Shown piece after piece: positions 49,183-62,329 of a stretch of 64,000 nt of DNA. The first letter of the stretch is position 1; every line of letters starts with the position of its first letter. Position numbers and translations under genes: made by a program. Below the pieces are notes generated by a model, which saw only the letters and a list, made by a program, of their open reading frames with translations, was not told where the DNA came from and made no database searches. The stretch comes from Phoronis australis (Eukaryota; Animalia; Phoronida): NCBI GenBank assembly GCA_002633005.1, contig NMRA01000118.1, forward strand, positions 119,564 through 183,563, written 5' to 3'.

Positions 49183-50459
49183 CGCAAATGATCACGCACT
49201 GATCTGAACAACGCATACCACAGTTAATATCTGTCTGCCAACTCCAGTGTAATCTTCCCGTGACGTAAGAGATCATGTAAGAAATTTCCTCGCGCGTTTT
49301 ACAAAATTGCCATTTATGGCTTAATTAAAGCTAATTACTGACTACAGTGTAATGCAACCTTTATTTGTTAATAATTGTCAACATCTTTCAACATCAAAAT
49401 GACCTTGATGTGCAAATTAAAATTTAACGCAACCTATGAAAATACAGTTTCAGTACCACCCCTTACAGACGTCTTATTTAGTTGTTCTCAAGGTAGAATG
49501 CCACCCAAAAAACAACCTATTTTGTATCAATTTAGATCGAGTAGTTCAACTCGATAACGGCATGTTCGGTTGCGTTACCTGACACCTGACGACAGACGGA
49601 GATGTTGAAATTATCCAATGACGTCATTGGTTTCACACGCAGTCTGTTCAGCAGTCCACAACACGGGTTACTGGTGTCAGCTTATCGCTTGAATTCATCG
49701 TTTAACACCAATAAATCACCAAACTTCGATATAATATCCTTAAAAATACACAGAATTCTTATAAAAACGTGTTGTTTTATTTCGCTGTTACGGATTTGCT
49801 GGTACTTGGTCACACCGTAGACTACAAAGTTCTTCAGGCCAATTTACCAGGAGTTTTGGGGTCTGTTCGGAGATAGTTCCGAAGTATTCTTCCGTGAAAT
49901 ACAGCCAGGAGAACCTAGATCTGTGTTGTTTAGACTTGTGATTTTTTTAGTTCTAAACACACAAAATGCTTGTTATTCCGGCCAGTGGTTCGGAACCCGA
50001 TCAGGCCAGTCGCGGCCGCCGGAACTGCCACGAACATAAACCAGCTTGAGTTGGAAACTAAACCTCCAGTCACGAAAAGACTATAACAGTGAGCCAAAGA
50101 AATAATGTGCACGTAATTATATATGTGAATTAACCACGAAACTGAAAATCTACTTACTTGTCGGTTGCCACGAAGTCGGGTTCGCCTTCCACAGACCGTC
50201 AGGGCAAAGGTTGTACAGCAACAATGATTTGAATAGTGTACTTGAATTTCTAACAAAGATTCCCCTAACATATGACCATAGCATATAAAATCGAGTAATT
50301 GTTTCACAACAGCTTTCTGTAAGCAAACACTGAAATAGCATGCGCTCACACGGCTTCGGTGCCCGGTCAATTATCTTTATTGCCGGCATCAAAAGCCGGT
50401 AACGCAGTGGTTTATTCATTGCTGGCTTCTCAACATTTGCACTCACGAATACTGCAAAG

Positions 50460-50709
50460 CAGAGGCGGATCTACAGAGGGCGTTCAGGGGGATCAAACCC
50501 TCCCTCGGGACAGGATCAAAAATAAAAATTGACAAAAAATTCGCCAGAAAAGCGAAATTAGCTACTAAAAACCATAAAAAAATCTTACACGGGAGGAGGC
50601 AAACCCTCTCCCGACTTTCCTTCCCCTCGGCGCCAGGCGCCTCGGATTCGCTCAAATCCTCAACCCCTCCCCCCCCTTACTGAAAACTTTTGACGTAGAA
50701 CTGCCACTG
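50460..50709. mobile_element. hAT-like MITE nested in the Kolobok element
   Basis: TIRs CAGAGGCGGATCTAC / GTAGAACTGCCACTG; CTGCAAAG on both sides (8-bp TSD overlapping the terminal CTG). Confidence 0.75.
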
Positions 50710-50824
50710 CAAAGGCATTACAAATTGTATATAATGAGACAGACTTTGTTTCAGTTTCATATAAGCATTGGTTAGGATGAGCATATTTCATTTTGAAACA
50801 GAACGCAGAATAATAAACGACTAC

Positions 50825-50995
50825 ATGGCAACTCGCCCGGCGCCAATCCGGACTTAGTCAAGAGCTCATCCGACGAAGACTTCATGGGTCAGATCGTTAG
50901 GTTTCACAGGCTATCAGTTCGAACCGGAATACACTGATCAAGAAATACTAGAGAGGCGCCGTGAACATGCAACAGAACGTGTGGATAGTTCTTTG
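50825..50995 (+). pseudogene. KolX/P2X7-ballast-like accessory gene, first-exon remnant
   Basis: ATG 50825, internal TAG, then GFTGYQFEPEYTDQEILERRRE..., donor GTAAG at 50996. Confidence 0.55.
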
Positions 50996-51019
50996 GTAAG
51001 CCGGAATTCGTCAGAGAAG

Positions 51020-51220
51020 TCAGTCGACGAAATGCCGGCCACAGACACGGAGATGTTTCACGGCCTCATACTTGCTATTAACAGCGTTCTTCACTGCCGC
51101 GAGCCACTGCCTAAGCATTTCGGGCTCTCGAGGAAGTCGAAAAAACGATATACCCGCTTTCTTCGCAGCTTCATGGTTCGGACAAGCGAGAACGATGCAC
51201 TGCAATACAGCGGCATTCAC
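51020..51220 (-). pseudogene. THAP domain of the Kolobok transposase (truncated/frameshifted)
   Basis: CIVLACPN...ISFFRLPREPEMLRQWLAAV...LRVCGRHF: C2CH ligands plus P, W, F. Confidence 0.85.
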
Positions 51221-51504
51221 TCTGCAGACGAACCACTGACGTCGCTGCGTCGTTTCTGCCCTTTCGCACAGGTTAACGCGACACCTCTCGGCAAGGTGAG
51301 GTCGACCGTATAAGAGGCGATGTGGATCATAGACCGATTAAGACGGTAAAAAAGATTAATTAAATCGGGTGGCATTCTCCTTTAAATATGTTCTGCTTCA
51401 TGGCCAATTTAGAAATGAGCTAAACCTCACAGTCAATTGTCGTGGAAATGTCCAAGTGTAATAAACATGGTGAATTTTTACTTTCAAAACATTATATATC
51501 GCTA

Positions 51505-51880
51505 TTCCGTTATGGCGTTGAAATGTGGTTATTCAACGCCCACTAAATGCTTAATCAACGCGTAGTAATTGTTATTCGACGCGCACAATTGGTTCTTAGC
51601 AGTTACTTCTCTGCGATTATTGTTTATTCAACGCGTGCAATAATTATTGCTTATTCAACGCTTACTTTTGATCAGTTCGTCCTGTCGGCGGAACGTAAAC
51701 ACTGCAAACTTGTCTTTGATTAGACATAATTCATAATGCTCCTCGAGTAACCAATTCTGCGCGTTAATAAAGCAGCTTTGCGCGTTGAATAACCAATTTT
51801 GCGCGCCGGATAAGAACAGAAAGATAATCGTTTAAGTACCAGTTATGCGCGTTGATTAACCAATTCTGATTTACATGTAG
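51505..51880. mobile_element. MITE with inverted arrays of ~22-bp subrepeats
   Basis: GTTATTCAACGC(GC) repeats on the left, GCGCGTTGAATAACC repeats on the right. Confidence 0.65.
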
Positions 51881-53112
51881 GAATCTGTCACAGACTCTGA
51901 AAATAGAATTAATCATTGCCGACTCTACCCTGTCAGACGCCGTCTCCTCAAACAAAGGCTCCGAAATGGAAACAATGTGTGTACTCAGTGAACTGGTGTT
52001 ACATCAAGGAATAAGAATTCAGACGTTGAACACAGCGGGTTTGTTTCGAAATTTGGTCTCTCAGTTTATACTCGAGCCCGCAGGCCCCGGGGGGCGCCTT
52101 CAAATTGAAAAATACAAAACGTAAAAATCCAAAAATGTGACAGACTTACTTGTTGCTGTAGAATATGTCGTCACCTGAGACCACCAACACATTCACTTCT
52201 TTAAGGACGACGTCCTGACATGGCGCAAAGTCACGCGTGATGACCCACAGACCGCCTTTACCATTATCTAAGGTCGGATGCATATATGCAGGTAATTTTC
52301 TTGCTGAAGCAAGCGGATAAACGTTGTAGGACCAATAGATATAAACCTGTGAATGTACAAGCAACTAAATAACTACGGCTCATAGCACAACTGGGTGAAT
52401 ATAAGTTATGAAACGAAGTTCTTTTTCTTGAGAGAAGGTAACAACTTATTCCATGGTGTTTAAAACATCAACTTACACATGTAAAATACAGCGATACGAC
52501 AACTGTTCCCAGGAACGAAATCTTTATCAAGTTTAATGACATCTTTTCCAGGGAAAAGTTCGTATAGACTGTAAACTTGATAGGTTAACTTGGTTGACTT
52601 GTTGCTTTCTGGTCGAATAGGCCTGCAACAACAAAATCGATCTCATCAAACAAATGCTCATGTACATTACACTAGAAGATAGCATATCGTGAACACAAGA
52701 ATTTAAAATCATCCCCATATTTTTTCAAGATTAATTTTGCAGAGTATTAGTAATACATTGTGGCAGCCTCTTCTCCATCATCGCTGTTATTCTGCTCATC
52801 CAAGACGAATGTTAATCTCAATTAACGCGGGGGTTGGTATGGTCTGACCGTGACGAAGGCATCGCAAACGGTAAAGAATGGTTCCATTTTGAAAATCAAC
52901 ACCATTTGTGCTCCCCTTATTAGGAACATTTAGGACAATTTTCGTGAAGATTCGTCAAGGAATTTGGATATTATGGTAAAAGTCAGACACATTGTAATGG
53001 AGGCGCACAGTAGACAAATCAAACCCAATAGCGCTTTTCAGGCTTTATCAGCAACAGTCACTTGCAGCAATCCCGCATTTTGAGGAAAGAGCAATTCTGA
53101 TTCCTGACATAT

Positions 53113-54730
53113 GTTTTAGTATAGTAAGTAATATAGTAAATACATTGTATTGTTACATTGTAAGTATAGTTTATTTCAGTAAGTATTGTAGTAAGTATAT
53201 CGCATTGTTACATTGTTTACACAAATTCTTTTTATGTTCGACGTATGTCCTGGAAATGATAGGTGCTTCGCAAGCTCCGATTCCAGAGATAACAGGCGAA
53301 ATAAAGGTCATTTATTATGTCAGATAACGGTACAGAAATATGAGTGTAAAATAATTAGTAAACATAAAATAATAATCTCTGGAAAGATGGGCAGCACTCA
53401 GGTAAGAGGAACCACCGAAAAACGGGGTGGTAATGGGTGAGAAAAAAATGAAGAGAGATTAATCTCAAACGTATAAGTGCTGCTAAAGCGAAGGAATGAC
53501 AGGAAACATACATATAGTTACTGAGAACAAAGGTTAACCCTAAGACACGTGACAAACATCAGCTTATATGAGCCAGTGCTCAGTTCCATGAACCAGTCCC
53601 AAACAGAGACTCAACGAAGGTCCCTAAGTGTTTTTGAGTATTTGTGTCTTTATGTGATTACAGATGCAATATTTTTCTATCATTTCATCTTGATAATGAG
53701 TTACTCTTTGACTAATGACATTTTTCAACAATATAACTAAAAACTGAGCCCAGAGTTCATTAAAAATATATAGGGACTCAGTCCTTAAATTGGGGGGTGT
53801 TGCATAGAACGATCCCTACTTTTTTCGATATTATTGACAATTCAACGTAGAGTTCTCTCTCTCGATTTGTATCAAAACCGGAAGTTGACATAGTAATGAA
53901 ACTAAAACAATACAAGAAAGGGCAATCAATGTTTTCGCAAGTCCACAAACACGCAGTGGATTTAGAGAACTTAGTTGAGTCCCTATTTGGGACTGTTTCA
54001 TGCAACCGAGCACAGGAGCTCACCAAACTCGTGGCACATGACAGAAATGAACCAATAGTGAGGCTAGTAATAAAATGGCCTAGTGCGTCGTGTGCAAAAG
54101 CACCGGATGCGAATCTACACAAAGGATTAATGGACCAGTCCGAAGGAAGGAAAGGGGGGGTATAAGTGAGTCGAGTCCACATAAATATATTTAACGAGTG
54201 AAATAGCATTTATGTTCGACGTACGTCCTGGAAATGATAGGTGCGTCATCAGGTCCGTTTCCAGACACAAAAGGAGACCGTATATAGGCGAAATAAAGGT
54301 AGTTTATTATGACTGATAACGGTACAGAAATATGAGCGTAAACATATAATAATAATCTCCAGAAAGATGGGCAACAAAAAGTGCCAGAAGAGATGTTGAA
54401 GACAGCTCATGCCCATCCGCATATATAGTTTATTATAGTAAGTAATATAGTAAATACATTGTAGTGTTATACTGTACACATAGTTTAGTATAGTGACTAA
54501 TGTAGTAAGTATGTGACATTGTTACATTGTGTAGTGAGTACATTGCATTCTTACATTGTATTTGTATGTACATTGCATTGTTACCCTAAAAAGTTTGTTG
54601 ATACCTTACATATAACTAAGTATATGATATATTTTATTGTAACACTGCACATATAGTTTAGTATAGAAAGTAATGTAGTAAGTATATCGCATTGCCTCAT
54701 TATATAGAGACTACATTGCATTGTTACATT
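53113..54730 (-). repeat. Internally duplicated region related to the terminal segment at 32071-32240
   Basis: 53230-53395 ~ 54208-54372; 53113-53225 ~ 54425-54730 (repeated); 54340-54420 is the reverse complement of 32071-32150. Confidence 0.75.
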
Positions 54731-55089
54731 AAAATTAATTGTATATGAAAATATTCAGCAATGAATAGAAGCTTATTACTCTGCGCGTGTAAGCGCAGAG
54801 TACTGTTGTTCCTGGGTTTTCTTCAGTTTTATTCTTATTACTCCGCGCGTGTGCTCGCAAACTTTACTGTTCTACGTCTTTTATCGTCTTATTCTTCTTA
54901 TTACTCTGCGCGTGTTCGCCCAGAGTTTTACTGTTCTACGTATTTTATCTTCTTATTCTTATCATTATTTTTATTCTTCTTCCGTCCTTTTCAGACTGTT
55001 AGCACTTTTACATCGATTCGCTAACAACAATCATATTCATTGTAGTTGATACGATAACCAAGGAGTTTTTACTGATTATAATGATTTGC

Positions 55090-56990
55090 CCCAAAATGCA
55101 CCAGAGTGCATTCCGTCAAAATGCTTCTTCTACGGGTTTTTAGATAGAATCTTCAACTTCTGTTAGCAAGTAGGTATTAGAGAAGTGCGTCCGAAATTTA
55201 CTTGGAATTCCAATCGGATCAAGGGAACTGAATTTCCGGGTCAAAGTTCATTAAGTGCAAAAGTGATTTTTGAACAAGACCTTTCATAATCACGCATAGG
55301 GTTTCCATTCTCAAAAGAAGTTCAGTCACAGACTTTGGCGTCCTTAGGTGCAACTTTGGGGTTATTGGATGCAGATTTCTGTTAAATTTCAGACCTTTTG
55401 AATCGGATATTTATAACGTGGTGTTTCAGGGAAAGCGTTCACGTTCATATTCATAGTTGTTCAACCACTTGTCAATCTAATTCCATTGATAATAAGGGTA
55501 TGACCCAAAATGCGCTATAAGACCCCCAGAGTGGTCAACCTGTACATTTCTTTTAATTGCTTTTCTTCCTGCGATTTTTGTGATTGGCTCTTCATGTTTC
55601 GTAAGGAGCATGGTGCCATATAAGTGCACCCAGAACCTACACGGAATTTCGATCTGACCAACTGAACCGAATTTCCGGGTCAAAGGTCAATGAGTGCAAA
55701 AGTGATTTTGGAGCTAGACTTTCATAATCACGCATACGTTTTCTACTCCTGAGGAAAGTTCAGTCACAAACTTTGAGGTCATTAGGTGCAACTTCGAGGT
55801 CATTATATGCAGTTTTCTATTAAATTTCAGAAATTTTTAGTAAGCTAGTACTTACATGTTGTGTTAGGGAGAGCGTTCATATTCATGATGGTTCAACAAA
55901 TTGACAATCAATTTCTATTGGTTATATGGGTATGACCCAAAATGCACCATAAGACCTCCGGAGGGGTGAACTGGTACATTTCTTTCAAATGCTTCTCTTC
56001 CTGCGATTTTTGAGATCGGCTCTTCAAATTGCATATGTCCTTTGGTGCCATATAAGATCACCCAGAAGTTATACGGAATTCGATAAGATCAACTGAACAG
56101 AATTTCAGGGTCAAATATCAGTAAGTGTAAAAGTGATTTTTGATCTAGACCTTTCATTTTCATGCATATGTTTGCCGTTCATGAAGAAAGTTCAGTCACA
56201 TTTTTGGGGTATTAGGTGCAATTTTGGGAACCATTAAGTGCACTATTCTGCTAAATTTCGGACCTTTTCAATCAGGTAGTACATACGTAAGTTATATTTC
56301 ATATCCCATCGTGGTTCAACCATTCAGCAATCAAATTTCTTTATACTATTGTTACTATCAATAATGCACTACAAGACCCTTAAAGGGTCAACCAGCACAC
56401 ATTCCGTTGAAATGCTCTTCATCCTGCAATTTTCCAGATAGAATCTTCAAATTTTGTAAACAAGTGGGTGTCACATATTCAACAGTGTTTCACTTCAAGT
56501 CCTGAACTTTGCAGATTTCAGAAGATTAGATACGTTAAAACTAATTTTCAGAACTTCCCTAGGCAATTCGCCAAATATAGCAAGTCTGGTTTTGAATTTA
56601 GAAACCGTCACATTTATGGCACATCTGAGTTGTGTGGTTAAAGTGACTAATAAGCCCAACTGGGCTGGGCACTTTTTTTTCTTACGAATGTTTTACTTAT
56701 AACTGTTTGAATTTATTGTACCTGTCACTATAATAAATAAGTACAACACAGTACAATACATGAAGGTACATCCAGAGAATATACGAATTTCCGATAAGAT
56801 CAATTGAACCCATTTTAAGGTCAAATGTCAATGAGTGCAAAACTGATTTTTGAGCTAGAATTTACAAATTCAAACATTAGTTTGGTATACTAAGGAAAAG
56901 CTTTGTGCTAAGTTTTAGGGTCATTAGGTGCAAATGTGTGTTTATTATTTGCAATTTTCTGTTGAAATTCTAACTTTTCCCACTCGTTCT
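55090..56990. repeat. Diverged tandem repeat, ~430-bp unit, ~4 copies
   Basis: GAAC.GAATTTC.GGGTCAAA...AGTG.AAAAGTGATTTT at ~55225, 55665, 56096, 56806 (the last offset by a LINE insertion). Confidence 0.9.
56475..56760 (+). mobile_element. 5'-truncated copy (3' end) of the LINE at 58573-61550
   Basis: Matches the reverse complement of 58590-58830; ends AATAAA plus a TACA-type tail. Confidence 0.9.
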
Positions 56991-58161
56991 TTCGTGGTAT
57001 ATCAGGTACAACTGTTTCTTTCACACCAAAGACACAACTTCTACGCAGTTTGATATGCCTATAACTCATTATGCACGTGCGTATACCACGCGAAGAGTTG
57101 TAAGTACGCATAAGTAATTGCATTCTAGTTCTTATTCTTCGTCCGACCAAATATGACGCTTAGTAACTCCAAAATGAGTGCAGGTATGTTCTTTAAATTT
57201 AACGTATGATATTTAGCAGTATATAAATTTTGACTCATTGTATAATCATATTCCATAACGCACCGGAAGAGGTCGTTTGGTGCAAATGTCATTTAATTTT
57301 CAAAATGCTACTCCTTCTTCAGTTTTAAAGGTATTTTCTTCAAATCTGGTGCACAGTTGTAAGTCAATAAGACAAATATTGAACTTTGGTAGACAACTTT
57401 CTATTAATGAAGCGATGGCATATTCCTGTTTTCGAATGGATTGGACGTTTTTGCGTCATCTAGTAGCCATTTTTATGATACAAATAAACAACCCTAGGAT
57501 CACCCCGTTTGCGGTGCATTCGTAGGCACATTTCAACGCTCTGCGTTCCTCTTGTTAAATAATGGCTCCCTTAATTTGCATAAAATATGGAAACTCACGA
57601 TTTATCCAGCTGCAAACTAGCTTCATAAAATTTACTACTTATGGTGATTTGTAAGGAAGTTACAGTACAAGCAAAAGCAGAATTTTGCACAATGGCAGCC
57701 TTACATTACATAAAGGCGTATTACAATAATTTCAAGAGCTTACGATTTCTTAAAAACGTATCCAAATGATCAAGCACCACTTGGGCTCTATTTCAATACC
57801 AAAAGCATGTATATATTACAAATAAGAACAGTTACATAATTATTTAAACACTAGGCCAAGGGGAAAATTGTCACCTTCTTTGTGTTACTAAAACTCTTCG
57901 CAACTCTTCCGTTTTTCAACCGAATTGCATGAGGGACATATCGTTAGAAAGCTCTTCATCAGCTCTTGACCTTGTATTATTAACCAGAAGCTAATGATAA
58001 ATAATTTACTTTATAAATAATTATCGAATTCGGAATTATTTCTGACTTTTTCAATCCTACTCAAAATAAGTGTTTATAATTCTGTATCTGGATGAGCGTC
58101 TGTTCTTGGCTTTCACTTATTGATCTCAGCGTTAATGCTGCGAGTTCGAGTTTGAACTCGT

Positions 58162-58225
58162 TTTTACTCTAAATTTCGAGCTTTAACTCGAAATCTCGAG
58201 CTTTAACTCGAAATCTCGAGCTTTT
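58162..58225. repeat. 20-bp tandem repeat (CTCGAAATCTCGAGCTTTAA), ~3 copies
   Basis: Directly visible. Confidence 0.9.
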
Positions 58226-58572
58226 TGCTGAGTTTGAAGCTCGAATCTAGTGGTCATCAAGTGTGAACTTGTTTGAAACATCCATTTCTACAAACCCTAA
58301 CACACTCGGGCAGAGAAAAGTAGACACTTATCTTGAGTACTCACAGAAGTAGAACAGGTACGGTAAAAGGTAATTTGGATTTCGAGTACGAGGGTTAGTC
58401 CCCAACCGCGGTTACGGCTCTCGAGACAGAAATAAGGCGGGTTGATTGCAGGGATGCCAGTAGGAAAAAATCTCTTGCACTTTCAAGTTTACAGAATGTT
58501 TTTTGATGTGTGGTCCGCTGCTAAAGTCGATTGACAAAATGTTAAAAGAGGTAGCAATATGGTGCAGGCAAT

Positions 58573-61550
58573 TGTATGTATGAGTGTGTATGTTTATTTA
58601 TTACAGTGACAAGTACAATTAATTCAAACAGTTATAGGTATAGCATTCATAAGAAACATAAGTACCCAGCTCAGTTGGGCTTGTTAGTCCCTTTAACCAC
58701 ACAACTCAGGTGTAGGCCTACCATAGATGCGTCGGTTTCTAAGTTCAGAAGCAGACCTGAAACAGCAGTTTTAACGTATCTAATCTTCTGAAATCTACAA
58801 AGTTCGGGATTTGAAGTGAAACATTATTAAACAGAATAGACCCCCGTGAGTTATAAAGAGAACAATCAAACACAAAATGTAGCTCATCCTCCACAGAACC
58901 AGTCACAACACAAGCAGGAGTGTTTACATAACGACCAGTTTCCACGTGCAATGGGAGATTTCCTGCTCTAAGCTGAGCTAAAAGAGACCGCTCGGAACGA
59001 GATAAATTAAGCTTTACATAGGGTTCAGTTAAAACTCGTGCTTAAATAAACTGTAGGTTCTTAGCTTTAGTTTTGTTACAACAGACTCAGCCCAAACATG
59101 TTTCGAGTATTCAAATAGTTTGGTTCTAGCATCTACTATGTTACAAGTAGTCAAATTTTGAAAAGAGGATTGCATGCCAGTTATGTTAAACAAAATTTTG
59201 ATTTCGTCTATCCAACCATTTCTATCAACAGAGTAGTTCCATAGAAATACCTTCTTCCGTAACCTATCACCACCTGTGGTCACTAGTTTGTTCCAAAGAC
59301 GTAGCATATTCAATTAAAATCTATTTCCAGTGGAGTCTCACCCCATATCGCTACTAACAGCATGAGTGGCTGTAAATAGGTTGACCCCTAAATAAAAACG
59401 CATCGCTCTGTTTTGAATATTTTCATCATTACCAAAATTTTTGTAACCCCAAACAGATGACTCGCAATCCAAAATTGGTGCCACACACGAATTAAATAAT
59501 GTTTTAAACGTTTCGAATCCTAGATTCTTGTTACCTCGAAATGTTGAGCATATCTTCCCTAACGCTCTACCAGAAGCTTCAGATAACGTACTCAAATTTT
59601 CTTTGAAGTCAAGGTGTTGATCCAGAATACATCCTAAATATTTGTATGAGGATTTATAACTGATGACACTGTTCAAAATGAATTTAAAATTCCTTCTAGG
59701 CATACACTTAGCTCGAAAATGGACAGCATTAGTTTTTGCCATGTTTACAACCATTCTCCACTTTTTACACCAGTTGTTTTGCACCTTCAACACATCTTGC
59801 ATGTCATTTTCATTATCAGACAAAAGTGCAATATCGTCGGCACATAGAAGCACTGAAATATTGTTGAGGCCACAATTGACACATTTATCTAGTTTTTTTA
59901 ATGTCCAGAGCTAAGTCATTTATATATAAGGCCAAGAGTGTCGGTGATAAAACGTCCCCCTGACGGACACCATTTTCAGGAGTGAACCAACCACTATACA
60001 GAGTGCCATTTAATCGTATTCAGTTTAACGGACTTCTGTAAACCATACGAGTTGCATCATACATTCTACCATTAATATTGTTTTGCAGTAATTTATAAAA
60101 CAGAAGTTCATGGTTTGTCCAGTCAAAAGCTTTTTTCATGTCCACAAATGTCACAAATGGAGAAACGTTAGACGACTTGAATAACTGATGACAGGACATA
60201 TAAGTGATCAATACAGGACCGTTGGCTTCGAAAACCATTTTGCTCGTCAACTAAAACTTTTCTGTTCACAGAAACCCAAAATTCTATTATTCAACACAGC
60301 ACTGAAGAATTTATAAATATTTGAAAGAAGACTAATCCCACGGTAGTTCAAAGGTAATCTAGGGTGGTCCGTAGAATTCTTAGGAATCGGGATTATAATT
60401 CCCTTATACCAGTCAGAAGGCATTAGGCCACGTTTAAAAGATTCGTTGAACAACTGAGTTAGAAAAACAACAATAGTTTTGAATGTTAACACCTCATAAG
60501 GTATACAGTCATACCCTACGCCTTTGTTATTCTTTGTTTTCATAACAACATTTCTAACCTCATCAATAGAGATTTCACAATTTAAGCCATGATCAGTTTT
60601 ATTAGAACAATCATTTTCAAGCTGCTTGCGCAAATTCAAGTTTTTCGAATAAAATTCATCATCAAATGGGGTATTTTCAGAAATGCGAAATAATTGTTCG
60701 TAATCATTTTTCCATTTATTTAGAGCAAAATTTCTATCAGAGTTTATGTTATTATTCGAATCCAAGACTTCCAGGGGAACTTCGCTAAACTGTTTTGGTC
60801 CCAGTTTTTTTAATATATGCTCAGAAATCCTTAGGATTTTCAGTATTCAAATTCTCAATTTCAATCTGAACCTTTACCTGGAATGAGCGTTTCGCGCATT
60901 TTAGTTTCTTGTCAAATTTATATTGAACAGACAGAAACAGTTGTTTATAATGTGACCAGTTCCCGCGTCCTCTTTGACTTCTTGAAAGTTGTTTCTCAAT
61001 CAATTTTTCCACAAATCATTAAGTTCCGAATTCCAGTAAGGCTGATTCCTTTTAAATACTTTCTTAGTTTACGTCTCGGAAAATAATCCTTGTACTCCAG
61101 CAAAGAATCCATTTCCTTAATTAATAGGTCAACAAATGACTGATACACTATATCAAGTTGGTTATAATGTCTATAGGATAACAATAATGAATCAATTAAT
61201 CATAAAATTTCTTCATTAAATGTCACATTATTACTTAATTCTACAGGGATATTGGAGGTGTCATATTTACGTTTTTTCGAAAGTGTATCTGAATCTAAAT
61301 GTCTGTCGATACCAGATGAACACACTACAGGCGAGGAGATTTTAAACTTTAAAACAAGAAGGGAATGATCTGGCGCTTTACATCTTGGCCCAATCAATAC
61401 GTGGATATCTAACACATCAATAATATCAGATGTCTTTGTAACAGAAAACGATACGCAATTCTTCAAATTATTTTGGTCAGTTAAAATATAATCTACGACA
61501 GCATTTCCTCCAGCCAAGACAGAGGTGAAGTTGTCAGGCCGGTGCCTCAA
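58573..61550 (-). mobile_element. Degenerate APE-type LINE ORF2 (clade not determined; RTE-X/CR1-L2-like)
   Basis: VVDYIL...PDHSLL (APE end), NYRGISLLS, FVDMKKAFD, GVRQGDVLSPT, LLCADDIAL, YKYLG, HVETGRY...EDELHFVFDC; AATAAA plus (CATA)n tail; many frameshifts. Confidence 0.92.
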
Positions 61551-61562
61551 GTACAGAACTTA

Positions 61563-61718
61563 CAGTGCTGTAGTGGGGCGTGGGTGCGCGTAGTTGTAGC
61601 CAACCACCTTATGAGATTTGAACGTAGCGCCTACACACCGTAAGTTACGTTCAGTTCTCAAGGTGATACGGTGAGCTTTGGGCGCCTACATACCTCTTAT
61701 TTTACTACTACAGCACTG
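61563..61718. mobile_element. MITE at the 5' break of the LINE
   Basis: Perfect 12-bp TIR CAGTGCTGTAGT / ACTACAGCACTG; CTTA on both flanks. Confidence 0.75.
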
Positions 61719-62329
61719 CTTACAAATCACCCAACAACTTATCTAGTGTGTGGCGTGACACTTAAAGACCTGGAAAGTGCGTAAGAGATTTGAAACACAA
61801 ATGTCCATCTGCTGAACTTACATTGTATACTACTATGTCCATTTTCCATATTAACTGAACTTCTGGAGCTTCATCTGGGTGGATAGATAAAAAACATAAA
61901 TGATTTGGAAGAGGTCACTATCAAACTTAGTTTTGTTGAATCATCTGTGAAAATGAGATAAAAACATCCATAATGACACTGAAAGGTTCATTTTCAAAGG
62001 CTGACCAGAAAAAGGAAAACCGGTGGTTCCAGCGCTGGATATTCTGGTATCGTTGATTAATCACTATTGGTATGTACCTCAGAATCTAAAAAGAGTTTGT
62101 CATGAATGATCGTAATTTTTGCTCATTAAATACAAATCAAGTGCTTCGTTCGGACGTTGAAGAAAATAACAAGCCCACCTCTTAATAGAGTTGCATCAAA
62201 TACTTCTGTGCTGCATGGATGGTCTCTACTACCAGAACTTCAACTTGAATAATGCATTACTGTATAATGTACTGCCTATGCCTGCCCTGTGTGGCATGTC
62301 TTAGAGGCTGTATTCATTGCGAGTTAATA

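Larger units (their letters stand above)
49492..51381. mobile_element. Non-autonomous Kolobok DNA transposon (~1.9 kb)
   Basis: TIRs GGTAGAATGCCACCC / GGGTGGCATTCTCCT flanked by TCAA / TTAA; contains THAP and YQFEPEY remnants. Confidence 0.8.
54773..57130 (+). mobile_element. Nested Helentron-associated non-autonomous (HINE/DINE-1/pearl-like) elements with an internal tandem array
   Basis: Three successive 5' ends TTATTACTC(T/C)GCGCG with a hairpin (54773, 54835, 54898), TTCTTA microsatellite, tandem units, 3' end ...GCATTCTAGTT. Confidence 0.7.

Noticed and set aside
50981-51313. 110-aa plus-strand ORF
   Set aside because: Antisense shadow of the THAP frame beyond the putative splice donor
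54225-54262. CTGATGA hammerhead-like core on the minus strand (also other CTGATGA hits)
   Set aside because: No stem II closed by GAAA and no stems I/III
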